A stretch of 32,000 nt of DNA from Longivirga aurantiaca (GCF_042660085.1 NZ_JBHSTI010000008.1:600001-632000), one strand, 5' to 3'. Positions 22,278 to 31,352 are shown, numbered from the stretch's first letter. A program made the numbers and translations. The notes: generated by a model not told the origin, from the sequence alone.

Positions 22278-23797
22278 GAGTGGTCCTCGTCGGTCGTGGG
22301 CGGTGCGGGGGAGGTCGCGAGCTCGGCGAGCAGCGGGTCGAGGTCGACCACGGCGAAGCGGGTGGCGGAGTCGCTGCTGCCGTAGGGCAGCACGAGGTGG
22401 CGACCGTGCAGCAGGGCGCCGCACGAGTAGACGACGTTCGGAACATAGCCGTCGCGCTCGTCGTCGTCCGGGGTGAGCAGCGGCTGGGCGAGGCAGCCGA
22501 GGACCACCGTGGGGTCGTCGAGGTCGAGCAGGATCGCACCGATGCCGTACCGCCGCATCGGGCCGACGCCGTGGGTCAGGACGAGCCAGCCCGCCTCGGT
22601 CTCGATCGGCGGCCCGCAGTTGCCGAGCTGGACGATCTCCCACGGCTCGCGGGGAGTCTGCACGAGCACCGGCTCGTCCCAGTGCTGCAGGTCGTCGGAC
22701 GTCGTGACGCCGTTGCTCTCACGGTCGGCGCGCGACATCGCGACGTACCGCCCGGCGATCTTCCTCGGGAAGAGCGCGAGCCCCTTGTTCCGCGAGCCGG
22801 GGCCGGAGAGGCGCGTGATCGTGAAGGTGCGGAAGTCGCGCGTACGGATCATCTGCGTCGAGATGCGGTCGCCGTCGTACGCCGTGTAGGTGCCGACGTA
22901 GTCCGCCTCGCCGTCAGCGTCAGCGTCAGCCAGGCGGATGAGGCGCACGTCCTCCATGCCCTGGGTCTCGGAGGGACCGCGCGGCATCAGCACGCGCTCC
23001 TGGACATGGGACGACGGCGGGAACTCCACCGTGTACGAGCAGCCCGCGATCCACTCGAACCGGTCGATGGTCCTCCTCGCAGCGCCGCGCGTGAGCCGCT
23101 GGTCGCGCAGGTTCTGGAGGGCGACGTCGAGCTCGTCCCGGCTGAACTCCTCGGGCAGGGCATCGAGGACGAAGTCCGAGTTGGTGCGGTCGCCCCACAT
23201 GTCGACGAGCTGGTTCTCGAAGGCACTGCGCACGTAGCTGGTGGGCCGGGCGTTGGCGAGCACCGCGACCGTAGGAGGCGGGTCGAGCGTGATCTGGCCC
23301 GATGCCGACACGGTGCCGGTGCGCAGCTCGATGCTCGAGATGTGCCCCTCGCCGACGGCGCGGACGGTCATCACGAAGCGGACCGAGCCGATCGGCAGCC
23401 CGGTCTGGTCCGGGTGCAGCGCCATGGACGGGTTGAACAGGGCCGCGCCCTCGACCGAGTACTCCTGGGTGAAGTAGGCGCCGATGAGTCGTCGGCGCGC
23501 GAGGGAGGGAGGCTCGTGGTCGGTGACCCGGTGCTCGAGGAGGGAGAAGTGCGACTCCCAGGTCGACAGCAGGCCGCGATGCCGCGTGCTGAAGGAGTCG
23601 TAGACGGCGCTCAGCTCCTCGTCCACCTCCTCGTCGGTGAGGGCGAGCGCACGATGGATGACGGCCTCGGAGCGGGACACCCCGAGTGCGGCCATCTCCT
23701 GCCCGGGCAGGAACAGCCGTGCGACGACCCGTGACGGGTCGGGACGCAGCACGCTCTCCGTCCGTCTCACCCAGGTGCTGGTGGTCGCGATCGTCAC
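22274..23797 (-). CDS. GH130-like (DUF377 beta-propeller glycosidase/phosphorylase family) protein with ~270-aa N-terminal extension
   Basis: The GTG start at 23797 overlaps the upstream stop (GTGA). The C-terminal ~240 aa (GMEDVRLIRL...YVGTYTAYDG...TRDFRTFTITRL...NKGLALFPRKIAGRYVAMSR...GWLVLTHGVG...YGIGAILLDLDDP...YVPNVVYSCG) matches the GH130 five-bladed propeller pattern as I recall it. I do not recognise the N-terminal part. Confidence 0.75.
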   Translation of the reverse strand: MTIATTSTWVRRTESVLRPDPSRVVARLFLPGQEMAALGVSRSEAVIHRALALTDEEVDEELSAVYDSFSTRHRGLLSTWESHFSLLEHRVTDHEPPSLARRRLIGAYFTQEYSVEGAALFNPSMALHPDQTGLPIGSVRFVMTVRAVGEGHISSIELRTGTVSASGQITLDPPPTVAVLANARPTSYVRSAFENQLVDMWGDRTNSDFVLDALPEEFSRDELDVALQNLRDQRLTRGAARRTIDRFEWIAGCSYTVEFPPSSHVQERVLMPRGPSETQGMEDVRLIRLADADADGEADYVGTYTAYDGDRISTQMIRTRDFRTFTITRLSGPGSRNKGLALFPRKIAGRYVAMSRADRESNGVTTSDDLQHWDEPVLVQTPREPWEIVQLGNCGPPIETEAGWLVLTHGVGPMRRYGIGAILLDLDDPTVVLGCLAQPLLTPDDDERDGYVPNVVYSCGALLHGRHLVLPYGSSDSATRFAVVDLDPLLAELATSPAPPTTDEDHS

Positions 23798-24810
23798 GAG
23801 ACGCCTGCCAGCGAGTCGAGCTGGGACAGCTGCACCGTCGCGAGCCAGGCGAGGGTCGACTCGGCGCCCTGGTTCTGGTTGACCGAACCGTCCTCGAGGC
23901 CGTCGTAGCCGCCGCCCGTGGCCTCGTCGCGCACAGGGATCCCGCAGTCGTTGTCGCCCTCGAACCAGCGGGCGCACATCTCGACGGCGCTGGTCCAGCG
24001 GCGGTCGCCCGTGAGCTCGTACGCCGTCCGCGCGGCCTCGGCGAGCGCGGCCACCTCGATGGGCTGCTGGTCGAAGCCCGGTCGTCGGTCGCCGGATGCC
24101 CGGCCGTGCGCCGGCACCATCGAGAGGTGGCCCAGGTGCGTCTGCTCCTCGACGAGCCAGGTGAGCAGCCGGAGCCCGTCCGCCTCGAGGTCGTGCGCCT
24201 CGAGGTGCCGACCGATGGCCAGCATGGCCTGGGGCAGGACGGCGTTGGCGTACGTCAGGCGCTCGTACGGCCACGGCCAGGTGACGTCGACCAGCGCAGG
24301 TCGCAGCAGGCGTCGGGCGTCGAGCATGATCCGGCGGCACTGCAGGTCGTCGGGTGCCACGGTGAGCAGCTGCGCCGCACCGAGCGCGGCGTAGGCCATC
24401 GACCGCGGGTGCGGCGAGCGTGCGCCCATGGCGGTCGCCGCCGCGATGCGTGCAGCACCGGCGAGCAACGTGTCGTCGAGGTGCGCGGCCGCGGTGCCGA
24501 GCGCGTGCAGCGCGCGGCCCCAGTGGTCGTCGGTCGACGCGTCGTCGCCCCAGGTGCCGTCGGGGTTGCGACGGTTGTGCATCGCGCCGTCGTCGTGGAG
24601 GGCCGCCTCGAGGAAGGCGAGGTAGGTGCGCGTCATGGTGCGCACCTCGTCGGTGGGCTTCTCGATGCGGGCGACGACCACGAGGGCCCGGGCGACGTCG
24701 TCGACGCACATGCCGTGCTCGGTGCGCGGCTCGGTGCCGAGCGCGTGCTCCCAGAGGCCGGTGCGCGTGGTCAGGTGGGCGAGGTGCCCGAGCTGGAGGG
24801 TGCGGGGCAT
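23794..24810 (-). CDS. Hypothetical alpha-helical-repeat protein (possibly an (alpha/alpha)6-barrel glycoside-hydrolase-like fold)
   Basis: 338 aa. MPRTLQLGHLAHLTTRTGLWEHA...DDVARALVV...DDHWGRALHALG...NQNQGAESTLAWL shows a periodic helical pattern with conserved Trp and acidic residues. The fold call is a guess. It is translationally coupled on both sides. Confidence 0.6.
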   Translation of the reverse strand: MPRTLQLGHLAHLTTRTGLWEHALGTEPRTEHGMCVDDVARALVVVARIEKPTDEVRTMTRTYLAFLEAALHDDGAMHNRRNPDGTWGDDASTDDHWGRALHALGTAAAHLDDTLLAGAARIAAATAMGARSPHPRSMAYAALGAAQLLTVAPDDLQCRRIMLDARRLLRPALVDVTWPWPYERLTYANAVLPQAMLAIGRHLEAHDLEADGLRLLTWLVEEQTHLGHLSMVPAHGRASGDRRPGFDQQPIEVAALAEAARTAYELTGDRRWTSAVEMCARWFEGDNDCGIPVRDEATGGGYDGLEDGSVNQNQGAESTLAWLATVQLSQLDSLAGVS

Positions 24811-26003
24811 CAGACTGCCGACCTCAGCTGGGCGCCGAGGGCGATCGCGCCATGGCTCGCGAGGTCGCGCTCGGCGAGATCCACCCGGCCGTGCCCGAGC
24901 AGGGTCCGTCCGAGCTCGATGTACCGCTGGGAGACAGCAGGCCACAGCAGCGAGGCTGCGAGCCCCCGCGCCTCCCGTGCCATGTGGTCGCGGACCCCGG
25001 GGACCGTGATCACGCGACGCAACGCGTCGGAGATCGCAGCGGGGTCGCGCTGCGGCACGAGGATCCCGGCGCCGCCGGACAGCAGCTCGACCGCGTGGGG
25101 GAACGACGTGGAGATCACGGGCTTGCCGGCAGCGACAGCCTCGGTGAGCACGCCCGACGTGACCTGCTCCGCCGAGTCGTAGGGCAGCAGGACGACGTCC
25201 GCCTCGCTGACCGCGCGCCGCAGGTCCGGCCCGGAGAGGTAGCGGCTGTCGAAGTCCACGTGACCCTCGAGGCCGAGGTGGCGCGTCATCGACAGCAGCC
25301 GCTCGCGGTAGGCCTCGCCGTCGCGCTCGAGCACCTTGGGGTGGGTGCGCCCGAGCACCCGGTAGCGCGGCAGCTCGGTGGTCTCCCGGAGCTCGGCCAG
25401 TGCCAGGAGGGCCCATTCGATGCCCTTGCCCTCGGACAGCAGGCCCCAGGTGAGCACGGTCGGACGCACGGGGACGGCGGCCAGCGGGGACGGGTGGTCG
25501 CTGCGGTTGTCCTCGGCGCCGTGCGGGATCACGGTGACCGTGGCCGGGTCGACGCCCCAGCCGGCGACCAGGCGGTCGCGCGCCGTCTCGGTCATGGTGA
25601 CGAGGGCTGCCGACCGGTCGACCAGCGAGGCCAGCACCCGGTGCTGGTTCGGGGTCGGGTGCGTCAGGACGGTGTGGAGCACCGTGATCACGGGGACGGA
25701 GAGGCGCTGGACGACGTCGAGCACGTCCTCGCCGTCCGGGCCGGCGAAGATGCCGTACTCGTGCTGCACGACGGCCACGTCGAAGTCGTCGAGCACGAGA
25801 GCCGCGTCGATCTCGGCACCGCGGCGACCGCGGACCCACTGGTGCACGACGGGGAGCACCTGCACCTCAGGCGCGTCGACGAGCCGGACGACGCCGACGT
25901 GCGCGCCGGAGCGGTGGAGGTGGCGGACCAGCGACTCCGCGAACGTCGCGATACCGCACTGCGTCGGAGGGTAGGTGGACAGGAAACCGAACCTGAGGCC
26001 CAT
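24810..26003 (-). CDS. Glycosyltransferase family 4 (GT-B, retaining)
   Basis: 397 aa. MGLRFGFLSTYPPTQCGIATFAESL, HEYGIF, and the C-terminal EX7E-like region VVLLPYDSAEQVTSGVLTEAVAAGKPVISTSFPHAVELL. Its stop overlaps the next start (TGATG). Confidence 0.85.
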   Translation of the reverse strand: MGLRFGFLSTYPPTQCGIATFAESLVRHLHRSGAHVGVVRLVDAPEVQVLPVVHQWVRGRRGAEIDAALVLDDFDVAVVQHEYGIFAGPDGEDVLDVVQRLSVPVITVLHTVLTHPTPNQHRVLASLVDRSAALVTMTETARDRLVAGWGVDPATVTVIPHGAEDNRSDHPSPLAAVPVRPTVLTWGLLSEGKGIEWALLALAELRETTELPRYRVLGRTHPKVLERDGEAYRERLLSMTRHLGLEGHVDFDSRYLSGPDLRRAVSEADVVLLPYDSAEQVTSGVLTEAVAAGKPVISTSFPHAVELLSGGAGILVPQRDPAAISDALRRVITVPGVRDHMAREARGLAASLLWPAVSQRYIELGRTLLGHGRVDLAERDLASHGAIALGAQLRSAV

Positions 26004-26197
26004 GGCCGTCTGCTTTCGAGATACCGATCTGTGCAGCCGATGTGCTGCCGTGCACGGAGGGAGGATCGACATCCCAGGGCGCTCGACCAAGCGGTCGCGC
26101 CGAAGGCCGCGGCATCATCGCTGCGGCGCTACCCCTTCACAGTAGCACCGATCCCAGGTGCTGATTTCCCTTGTAGATTCAGGTCAAACCGGAGGTC

Positions 26198-27241
26198 ATG
26201 GTGAGGATCGCCCTAATCGCTTCCATCGCTCACTCGGTGCCGCCGCGGTCCTACGGGCCGTGGGAGCAGGTGGCCTCGACCCTCGCGGAGGGCCTCGTCG
26301 AACGAGGGCACGACGTCACGCTGTTCGCGACCGCGGACTCGACGACGGCCGCGCGGCTGCACTCCGAGGCCCCGGCGGGCTACGAGGAGGACGCCTCCGT
26401 CGACGCGAAGGTGTACGAGGCCCTGCACATCGCGGCGGCGTTCGAGCGGGCCGACGAGTTCGACGTGATCAGCAACCAGTTCGACTTCCTGCCGCTCGCC
26501 TTCAGCAGGCTCGTCCGCACACCGGTGGTGACGACGATCCACGGCTTCTCGTCCGAGCGGATCGTGCCTGTCTACCGGGCGTACGACGACGTGGCGCACT
26601 ACGTCTCGATCAGCGACTCCGACCGTCATCCCGACCTGCACTACGCGTCGACGATCCACCATGGCATCGACCTCGCGTCGTTCACCGCCGGCGCCGGTGA
26701 CGGCGGCTACCTGCTCTTCCTCGGGCGCATCCATCCCGACAAGGGCACGGCCGTCGCGATCGAGGTGGCGCGACTCGCCGGGCTGCCGCTCGTGATCGCC
26801 GGTGTGGTGCACGACGACGACTACTTCCGTTCCTTGGTGCTGCCGCACGTCGACGGCGCCGCGGTGTCGTACGTCGGCCCCGTGGGGCCGGCCGAACGCG
26901 ACCGGCTGCTCGGCGGGGCTGCCGCGCTGCTGCACCTCATCGACTTCGACGAGCCCTTCGGGCTGTCGGTGGTGGAGTCGCTCGCCGCCGGGACGCCGGT
27001 CGTGGCGTTTGGCCGGGGCTCGATGCCCGAGCTGATCCGTGACGGCGTGACGGGCTTCCTCGTCGCCTCGGTCGACGACGCCGTCGACGCCGTTGCACGA
27101 CTCGGCTCCATCGACCGCGCATCCTGCAGATCCGATGCGGCGCAGCGGTTCTCGGCGGGTCGGATGGTCGCCGACTACGAGAGGCTCTTCGCGGCCGTGG
27201 CCGCCGGGGGGATCAGCCCGCTGCACCTGCCTGCGGCGTGA
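26198..27241 (+). CDS. Glycosyltransferase family 4 (GT-B)
   Basis: 347 aa. VRIALIASIAHSVPPRSYGPWEQVASTLAEGLVERGHDVTLFA, LLFLGRIHPDKG, and FDEPFGLSVVESLAAGTPVVAFGRGSMPELI (the EX7E motif). A GGAGG RBS is present. It is divergent from the other GT4 across a 194-bp lower-GC spacer. Confidence 0.85.
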   Translation: MVRIALIASIAHSVPPRSYGPWEQVASTLAEGLVERGHDVTLFATADSTTAARLHSEAPAGYEEDASVDAKVYEALHIAAAFERADEFDVISNQFDFLPLAFSRLVRTPVVTTIHGFSSERIVPVYRAYDDVAHYVSISDSDRHPDLHYASTIHHGIDLASFTAGAGDGGYLLFLGRIHPDKGTAVAIEVARLAGLPLVIAGVVHDDDYFRSLVLPHVDGAAVSYVGPVGPAERDRLLGGAAALLHLIDFDEPFGLSVVESLAAGTPVVAFGRGSMPELIRDGVTGFLVASVDDAVDAVARLGSIDRASCRSDAAQRFSAGRMVADYERLFAAVAAGGISPLHLPAA

Positions 27242-28427
27242 GCCCGAGGGCGAGGGTCAGCTCGAGCACGGTGCGCGGGTCGTCGAGCGCGTCGCCGTAC
27301 AGCTCGCGCACCTGACCCATCCGGTAGCGGACGGTCTGCGCGTGGACGAACAGGTCTGCGGCGACGTCGTCGCGCCTGCCCTGGTGCAGGAGCCACGAGC
27401 GCAGAGTCTCCGCGAGTCGCTCCCGCGATGACGCGCGCACGCCGGCCAGGGGTGCGAGCACGCGAGTCCTGAGGTCGGCGAGCGCCTCGGCGTCGGCACC
27501 GAGCACGATCTCGGCGAGGTGCTCGTCGGTGTCGACCACGCCCCGGATCGTCGTGATCTCGCGGGTGCGCCGGACGCGTGCGTACGAGGCCGCGACCTCG
27601 AGCCACGGCCGCGCCGGCCCGACGACGGCGTCGCGCCCGGCGAGCATGCGCAGCAGGCGGGTGCGTCGACGGCCGCCGAGGTCGGGCACGAGCAGCAGCA
27701 CGAGGTCGTCGTCGTCGCTCACGCCTGGAAGGTCCTGGCGGGCGAGCACGCTGCCGGCGGGGAGCGCGGGAACGAGGGCGTGAACCTGCCCCTCGGGCAG
27801 CAGCACCGCGGTGAGGGTGGCGGGGGGCTGCCATCCGGCGCGGGCGGCCGCGGACATGACGGTGCCCTCGTCGGCCCCTGCGAGCAGCAGCTGGGCGAGG
27901 CGCTCGAGGTAGCGCTCGCGCACCCGGCCGCTGGTGGCGAGCTCGTCGGTGTGCCCCGCCACGCTCGACGCCGACAGCTCGTCGATGTAGGCGAAGACGA
28001 GCTCGGCGAAGCGCGCCATCGTGCCCGCGGGCATGCCGGCGCCGGCCGCCGCGGCCGACATCTCGCGCCAGGCGACGCGCGCGCCGATGCGGTACGCCGC
28101 CTGCAGCGCGTCCATCGACCGCCCGCTGCGCGCCTCGCCGCGGCCGAGGTCGTACGCCGCCTCGAGGGCCGGCGTCAGCGGTGTGCCCGGGTCGGAGCCC
28201 GCGGTGCGTGTCGCGAGCTTGAGGAAGCCGCCGAGCGCGACCTGCACCGCGCCCGTGATGGTGGCGCCCAGGTCGCCGGTGAAGGCGCCGGCGTACGACG
28301 GCACCTCGGCGGTCACCGCGGCCACCGTGGCGGCGGCGACGTCCGGGAGCCGCTCGCGCAGCGTCGCGGCCACCGCGGGCTCGAGGGCGAGGTGCTCCGA
28401 GGTGGCACGTGCGGTGGCGCCGTCCAT
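27213..28427 (-). CDS. PucR-family transcriptional regulator
   Basis: The C-terminal PucR HTH is LAETLRSWLLHQGRRDDVAADLFVHAQTVRYRMGQVRELYGDAL. I prefer the ATG at 28427 (GAGGA upstream) over the TTG at 28478. The 3' end overlaps the convergent GT4 gene by 29 bp. Confidence 0.8.
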   Translation of the reverse strand: MDGATARATSEHLALEPAVAATLRERLPDVAAATVAAVTAEVPSYAGAFTGDLGATITGAVQVALGGFLKLATRTAGSDPGTPLTPALEAAYDLGRGEARSGRSMDALQAAYRIGARVAWREMSAAAAGAGMPAGTMARFAELVFAYIDELSASSVAGHTDELATSGRVRERYLERLAQLLLAGADEGTVMSAAARAGWQPPATLTAVLLPEGQVHALVPALPAGSVLARQDLPGVSDDDDLVLLLVPDLGGRRRTRLLRMLAGRDAVVGPARPWLEVAASYARVRRTREITTIRGVVDTDEHLAEIVLGADAEALADLRTRVLAPLAGVRASSRERLAETLRSWLLHQGRRDDVAADLFVHAQTVRYRMGQVRELYGDALDDPRTVLELTLALGLTPQAGAAG

Positions 28428-28512
28428 CTTTGTCCTCACCGAACAATCTAGGGGGGTGGTTTCACGCCCGACGGACAAGAGTTTAGACCCTCCGGTGAAT
28501 CACCCTGGTCTC

Positions 28513-29631
28513 ATGGCAGTTGCTCCCACCACACCGCCTCTCACCACACCGGCGCCGACGACCCCGCGGACCCGGGGCCTTCGTGAGCGCCTCGTCGACC
28601 TGGCCGGGCTGGTCACCACGCCGCTCGTCCCGTCCGACTACCTCGACCGTGTCGTCCCGCTCCGCGCGGGCACGGCGCTGCGCGGCCGCATCGTCGGCCT
28701 GCACCCCGAGACCCGCGACGCCGTCACGGTCGTCATCCGACCCGGTCGCGACTGGCTCGGGCACACGCCCGGGCAGTACGTGCGCCTCGGCGTCGACGTC
28801 GACGGCGTGCGCCAGTGGCGCACCTACTCCCTCAGCTCGGACGCCGCGCGCGCCGACGGCTGCATCGCGATCACGGTGAAGGCCGTGGACGGTGGAGTCG
28901 TGAGCGGCTACCTCGTGCACCGGGCGCGGGTCGGCACCGTCGTGCAGCTCGACCAGGCGGCCGGCGACTTCGTGCTGCCTCCCGTGCGGCCCACCAAGGT
29001 GCTGTTCCTGACCGCCGGCTCCGGCATCACCCCTGTCATGGGCATGCTGCGCTCGACGCAGCTGACCGACGTCGTCGTGGTGCACTCCGCGCGCACGGCG
29101 TCCGACGCGATCTTCGGCGCCGAGCTGCGGGTGCTGGCCGACGGCGGGGTGATCCGGCTCGTCGAGCGGCACACGTCCGACGACGGCCGCCTCGACGTCA
29201 CCGAGCTGGAGCGGCTGGTGCCCGACCTCGCGCAGCGGCGCACCTGGGCCTGCGGCCCGGGCGAGCTGCTCGACGCGGTCGAGGCGCACTACGCGTCACT
29301 CGGCCTCTCGGACCGGCTGCGCACCGAGCGGTTCCGCCCGGTCGTCGTGGCTCGCACGGAGTCGGGGTCGAGCGCGGTCACCTTCAGCCGCACCGGCACC
29401 GTCGTCGAGGCGTCGACGTCCACCTCGCTGCTCGACGCCGGAGAGGAGGCGGGCGTGCTCATGCCCTCCGGGTGCCGCATGGGCATCTGCTTCGGCTGCG
29501 TCGTGCCGCTCCGCGAGGGCGTGGTGCGCGACCTGCGCGACGGCGCCGTGACCACCGCAGCACCCGGCGACGGCGTGCTCATCCAGACCTGCGTGTCGGC
29601 GGCTGCCGGCGCCTGCGACATCGACCTCTAG
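28513..29631 (+). CDS. Ferredoxin reductase-type oxidoreductase (FAD/NAD(P)-binding plus C-terminal plant-type 2Fe-2S domain)
   Basis: 372 aa. RTYSLSS (the RxYS flavin motif), LFLTAGSGITPVMGML (NAD binding), and the C-terminal cluster motif MPSGCRMGICFGCVVPL...IQTCVS. It is the same partner architecture as the mycobacterial DesA3 reductase. Confidence 0.85.
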   Translation: MAVAPTTPPLTTPAPTTPRTRGLRERLVDLAGLVTTPLVPSDYLDRVVPLRAGTALRGRIVGLHPETRDAVTVVIRPGRDWLGHTPGQYVRLGVDVDGVRQWRTYSLSSDAARADGCIAITVKAVDGGVVSGYLVHRARVGTVVQLDQAAGDFVLPPVRPTKVLFLTAGSGITPVMGMLRSTQLTDVVVVHSARTASDAIFGAELRVLADGGVIRLVERHTSDDGRLDVTELERLVPDLAQRRTWACGPGELLDAVEAHYASLGLSDRLRTERFRPVVVARTESGSSAVTFSRTGTVVEASTSTSLLDAGEEAGVLMPSGCRMGICFGCVVPLREGVVRDLRDGAVTTAAPGDGVLIQTCVSAAAGACDIDL

Positions 29632-29640
29632 GAGGCCGGA

Positions 29641-30822
29641 ATGACCACGATCCAGAACAAGGCGCAGAGCCCCATCGCGCACCTGACCGACGACGACATC
29701 ACCGCGATCGGCGTCGAGCTCGACGCGATCCGCGAGCAGGTGCTCGCGTCGCGCGGCGAGCGCGACGCTGCGTACATCCGTCGCGTCATCGACGTCCAGC
29801 GCGCGCTCGAGCTCAGCGGCCGCGGCATGCTGCTCTTCTCGCTCCTCCCGCCGGCCTGGGTCGTCGGGACGACGGCGCTGTCGATCGCGAAGATCCTCGA
29901 GAACATGGAGATCGGGCACAACGTCCTGCACGGCCAGTGGGACTGGATGCGCGACCCGAAGATCCACTCGACCACCTGGGAGTGGGACAACGCGACGCCC
30001 GCGACGATGTGGAAGCACTCGCACAACGAGCTGCACCACACGTACACGAACGTGCTCGGCCGCGACAACGACCTCGGGTACGGGATCATGCGCGTCGACG
30101 AGGACCAGCGCTGGAAGCCGGGCTACATCGCCCAGCCCGTTTGGAACTTCGTCAACATGTGCTTCTTCCAGTACGGCATCGCGGCGTACGACCTCGAGGT
30201 GGGCAAGTACCTCGCGGGCCGCAAGGACAAGGACCAGTTCTGGGCCGAGGCCCGCGTGGTGCTCGCCAAGATCCGCTCCCAGGCGACGCGCGACTACGTC
30301 GTGCACCCGCTGCTGTCGGGCCCGTCGTTCGTGCCCACGCTCGCGGCCAACGCCACCGCCAACTTCGTGCGCAACGTGTGGACGCACTCGGTCATCATGT
30401 GCGGCCACTTCCCCGAGGGAGTCGAGACCTTCTCGAAGACCTCGATCGAGGGCGAGAGCCGCGGCGAGTGGTACCTGCGCCAGATGCTGGGCTCGGCCAA
30501 CATCTCGGGCGGCAAGCTGCTGCACATCATGAGCGGCAACCTGTCGTTCCAGATCGAGCACCACCTGTTCCCCGACCTGCCGAGCAACCGCTACCAGGAG
30601 ATCGCACCCCAGGTGGAGGCGCTCTTCGAGCGCTACGGCCTCACCTACACCAGCGGCCCGATGGTGAAGCAGGTCGCGTCCGCGTGGACGAAGGTCGTGC
30701 GGCTCTCGCTGCCGAACCACTTGCTGCGCAAGGCGTCCCAGGGCGTCGCCGCGGCGACGTCGCTGCCGCGCAAGGTCGTCGCCGCCGTGCTGCCCGACGT
30801 CGCGACGAGCGCCGCGGCCTGA
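29641..30822 (+). CDS. Membrane acyl-CoA (stearoyl-CoA delta-9 type) fatty-acid desaturase, DesA3-like
   Basis: 393 aa. Three His boxes are present: HNVLHGQ, HNELHH and QIEHHLFP. TM hairpins lie near LLLFSLLPPAWVVGTTAL. It starts 9 nt after the reductase gene. Confidence 0.88.
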   Translation: MTTIQNKAQSPIAHLTDDDITAIGVELDAIREQVLASRGERDAAYIRRVIDVQRALELSGRGMLLFSLLPPAWVVGTTALSIAKILENMEIGHNVLHGQWDWMRDPKIHSTTWEWDNATPATMWKHSHNELHHTYTNVLGRDNDLGYGIMRVDEDQRWKPGYIAQPVWNFVNMCFFQYGIAAYDLEVGKYLAGRKDKDQFWAEARVVLAKIRSQATRDYVVHPLLSGPSFVPTLAANATANFVRNVWTHSVIMCGHFPEGVETFSKTSIEGESRGEWYLRQMLGSANISGGKLLHIMSGNLSFQIEHHLFPDLPSNRYQEIAPQVEALFERYGLTYTSGPMVKQVASAWTKVVRLSLPNHLLRKASQGVAAATSLPRKVVAAVLPDVATSAAA

Positions 30823-30825
30823 CCG

Positions 30826-31212
30826 TCAGACGCTGCGGCCCCGCAGCCGCTCGGTGATCCGGCGCTCCTTCTTGGTCGGCCGGCCCGACCCGCGCTCGCG
30901 CACGATGGGCGCCGCCCGCTCCTCCTTCGGGGGAGGGGGCGGCGTCCTGTCGTCGTAGTTGAGCGCGGCCAGCGTCGCGCTCGTGCGCTTCTCGATCAGG
31001 CCGGTCACGACGACGATGCGCTCTCCGCCGGGGGTGTAGGCGCGGACCGTGTCGCCGATGCGCACCGGGGTGGCGGGCTTCGCGGCGGCGTCGTTGACCT
31101 TCACGTGCCCGGCCTTGCACGCCGCGCTCGCAGCCGATCGGGTGGGGTAGAGGCGGATCGCCCACGTCCACGCGTCGGCGCGGACGCTCGACGGCGGTGG
31201 CGACGCGGGCAT
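30826..31212 (-). CDS. RNA-binding S4-domain protein (Hsp15/HslR-like)
   Basis: 128 aa. VRADAWTWAIRLYPTRSAASAACKAGHVKVNDAAAKPATPVRIGDTV is the S4 alpha-L motif. The C-terminal tail is basic. Confidence 0.8.
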   Translation of the reverse strand: MPASPPPSSVRADAWTWAIRLYPTRSAASAACKAGHVKVNDAAAKPATPVRIGDTVRAYTPGGERIVVVTGLIEKRTSATLAALNYDDRTPPPPPKEERAAPIVRERGSGRPTKKERRITERLRGRSV

Positions 31213-31352
31213 GACGTCAGCCTAGGCGGGCCGCGGCGTGGTGCCGGAGACGTTCCGCGGGCGTCGTTCGTCGGACCTGTGCCGCCCCGGGATGCCCGGG
31301 CGGCGCGCATGCCGTTCGATGGCCTGGTGGGGACGACGCGAGGGGGCGAGGC

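Noticed and set aside
22913-22930. Tandem GTCAGC x3 repeat.
   Set aside because: It lies inside the GH130-like coding frame and encodes an Asp-Ala repeat (LADADADGEAD) in a probable surface loop. It is too short to be a VNTR or a regulatory repeat.
27213-27241. 29-bp convergent overlap of the GT4 and PucR-family coding regions.
   Set aside because: Convergent 3' overlaps of this size are common in compact high-GC genomes. Both C-terminal tails are low-information Ala/Gly-rich sequence. Nothing suggests antisense regulation beyond the geometry.
43-30857. Many very long ORFs in the six-frame track with Arg/Pro/Gly/Ala-rich, low-complexity translations. Examples are 43-993(+), 2828-4501(-), 3703-5457(+), 6749-8347(-), 8055-9338(-), 8126-9973(+), 11057-13618(-), 15837-17555(+), 20510-21934(+), 22280-23734(+), 24420-26204(+), 28815-30857(+) and 29296-30720(-).
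   Set aside because: They lie antisense to, or out of frame with, ORFs that have clear family signatures. They lack a GC3 bias in their own frame and have the RRPG-type composition typical of stop-poor shadow frames in high-GC DNA.
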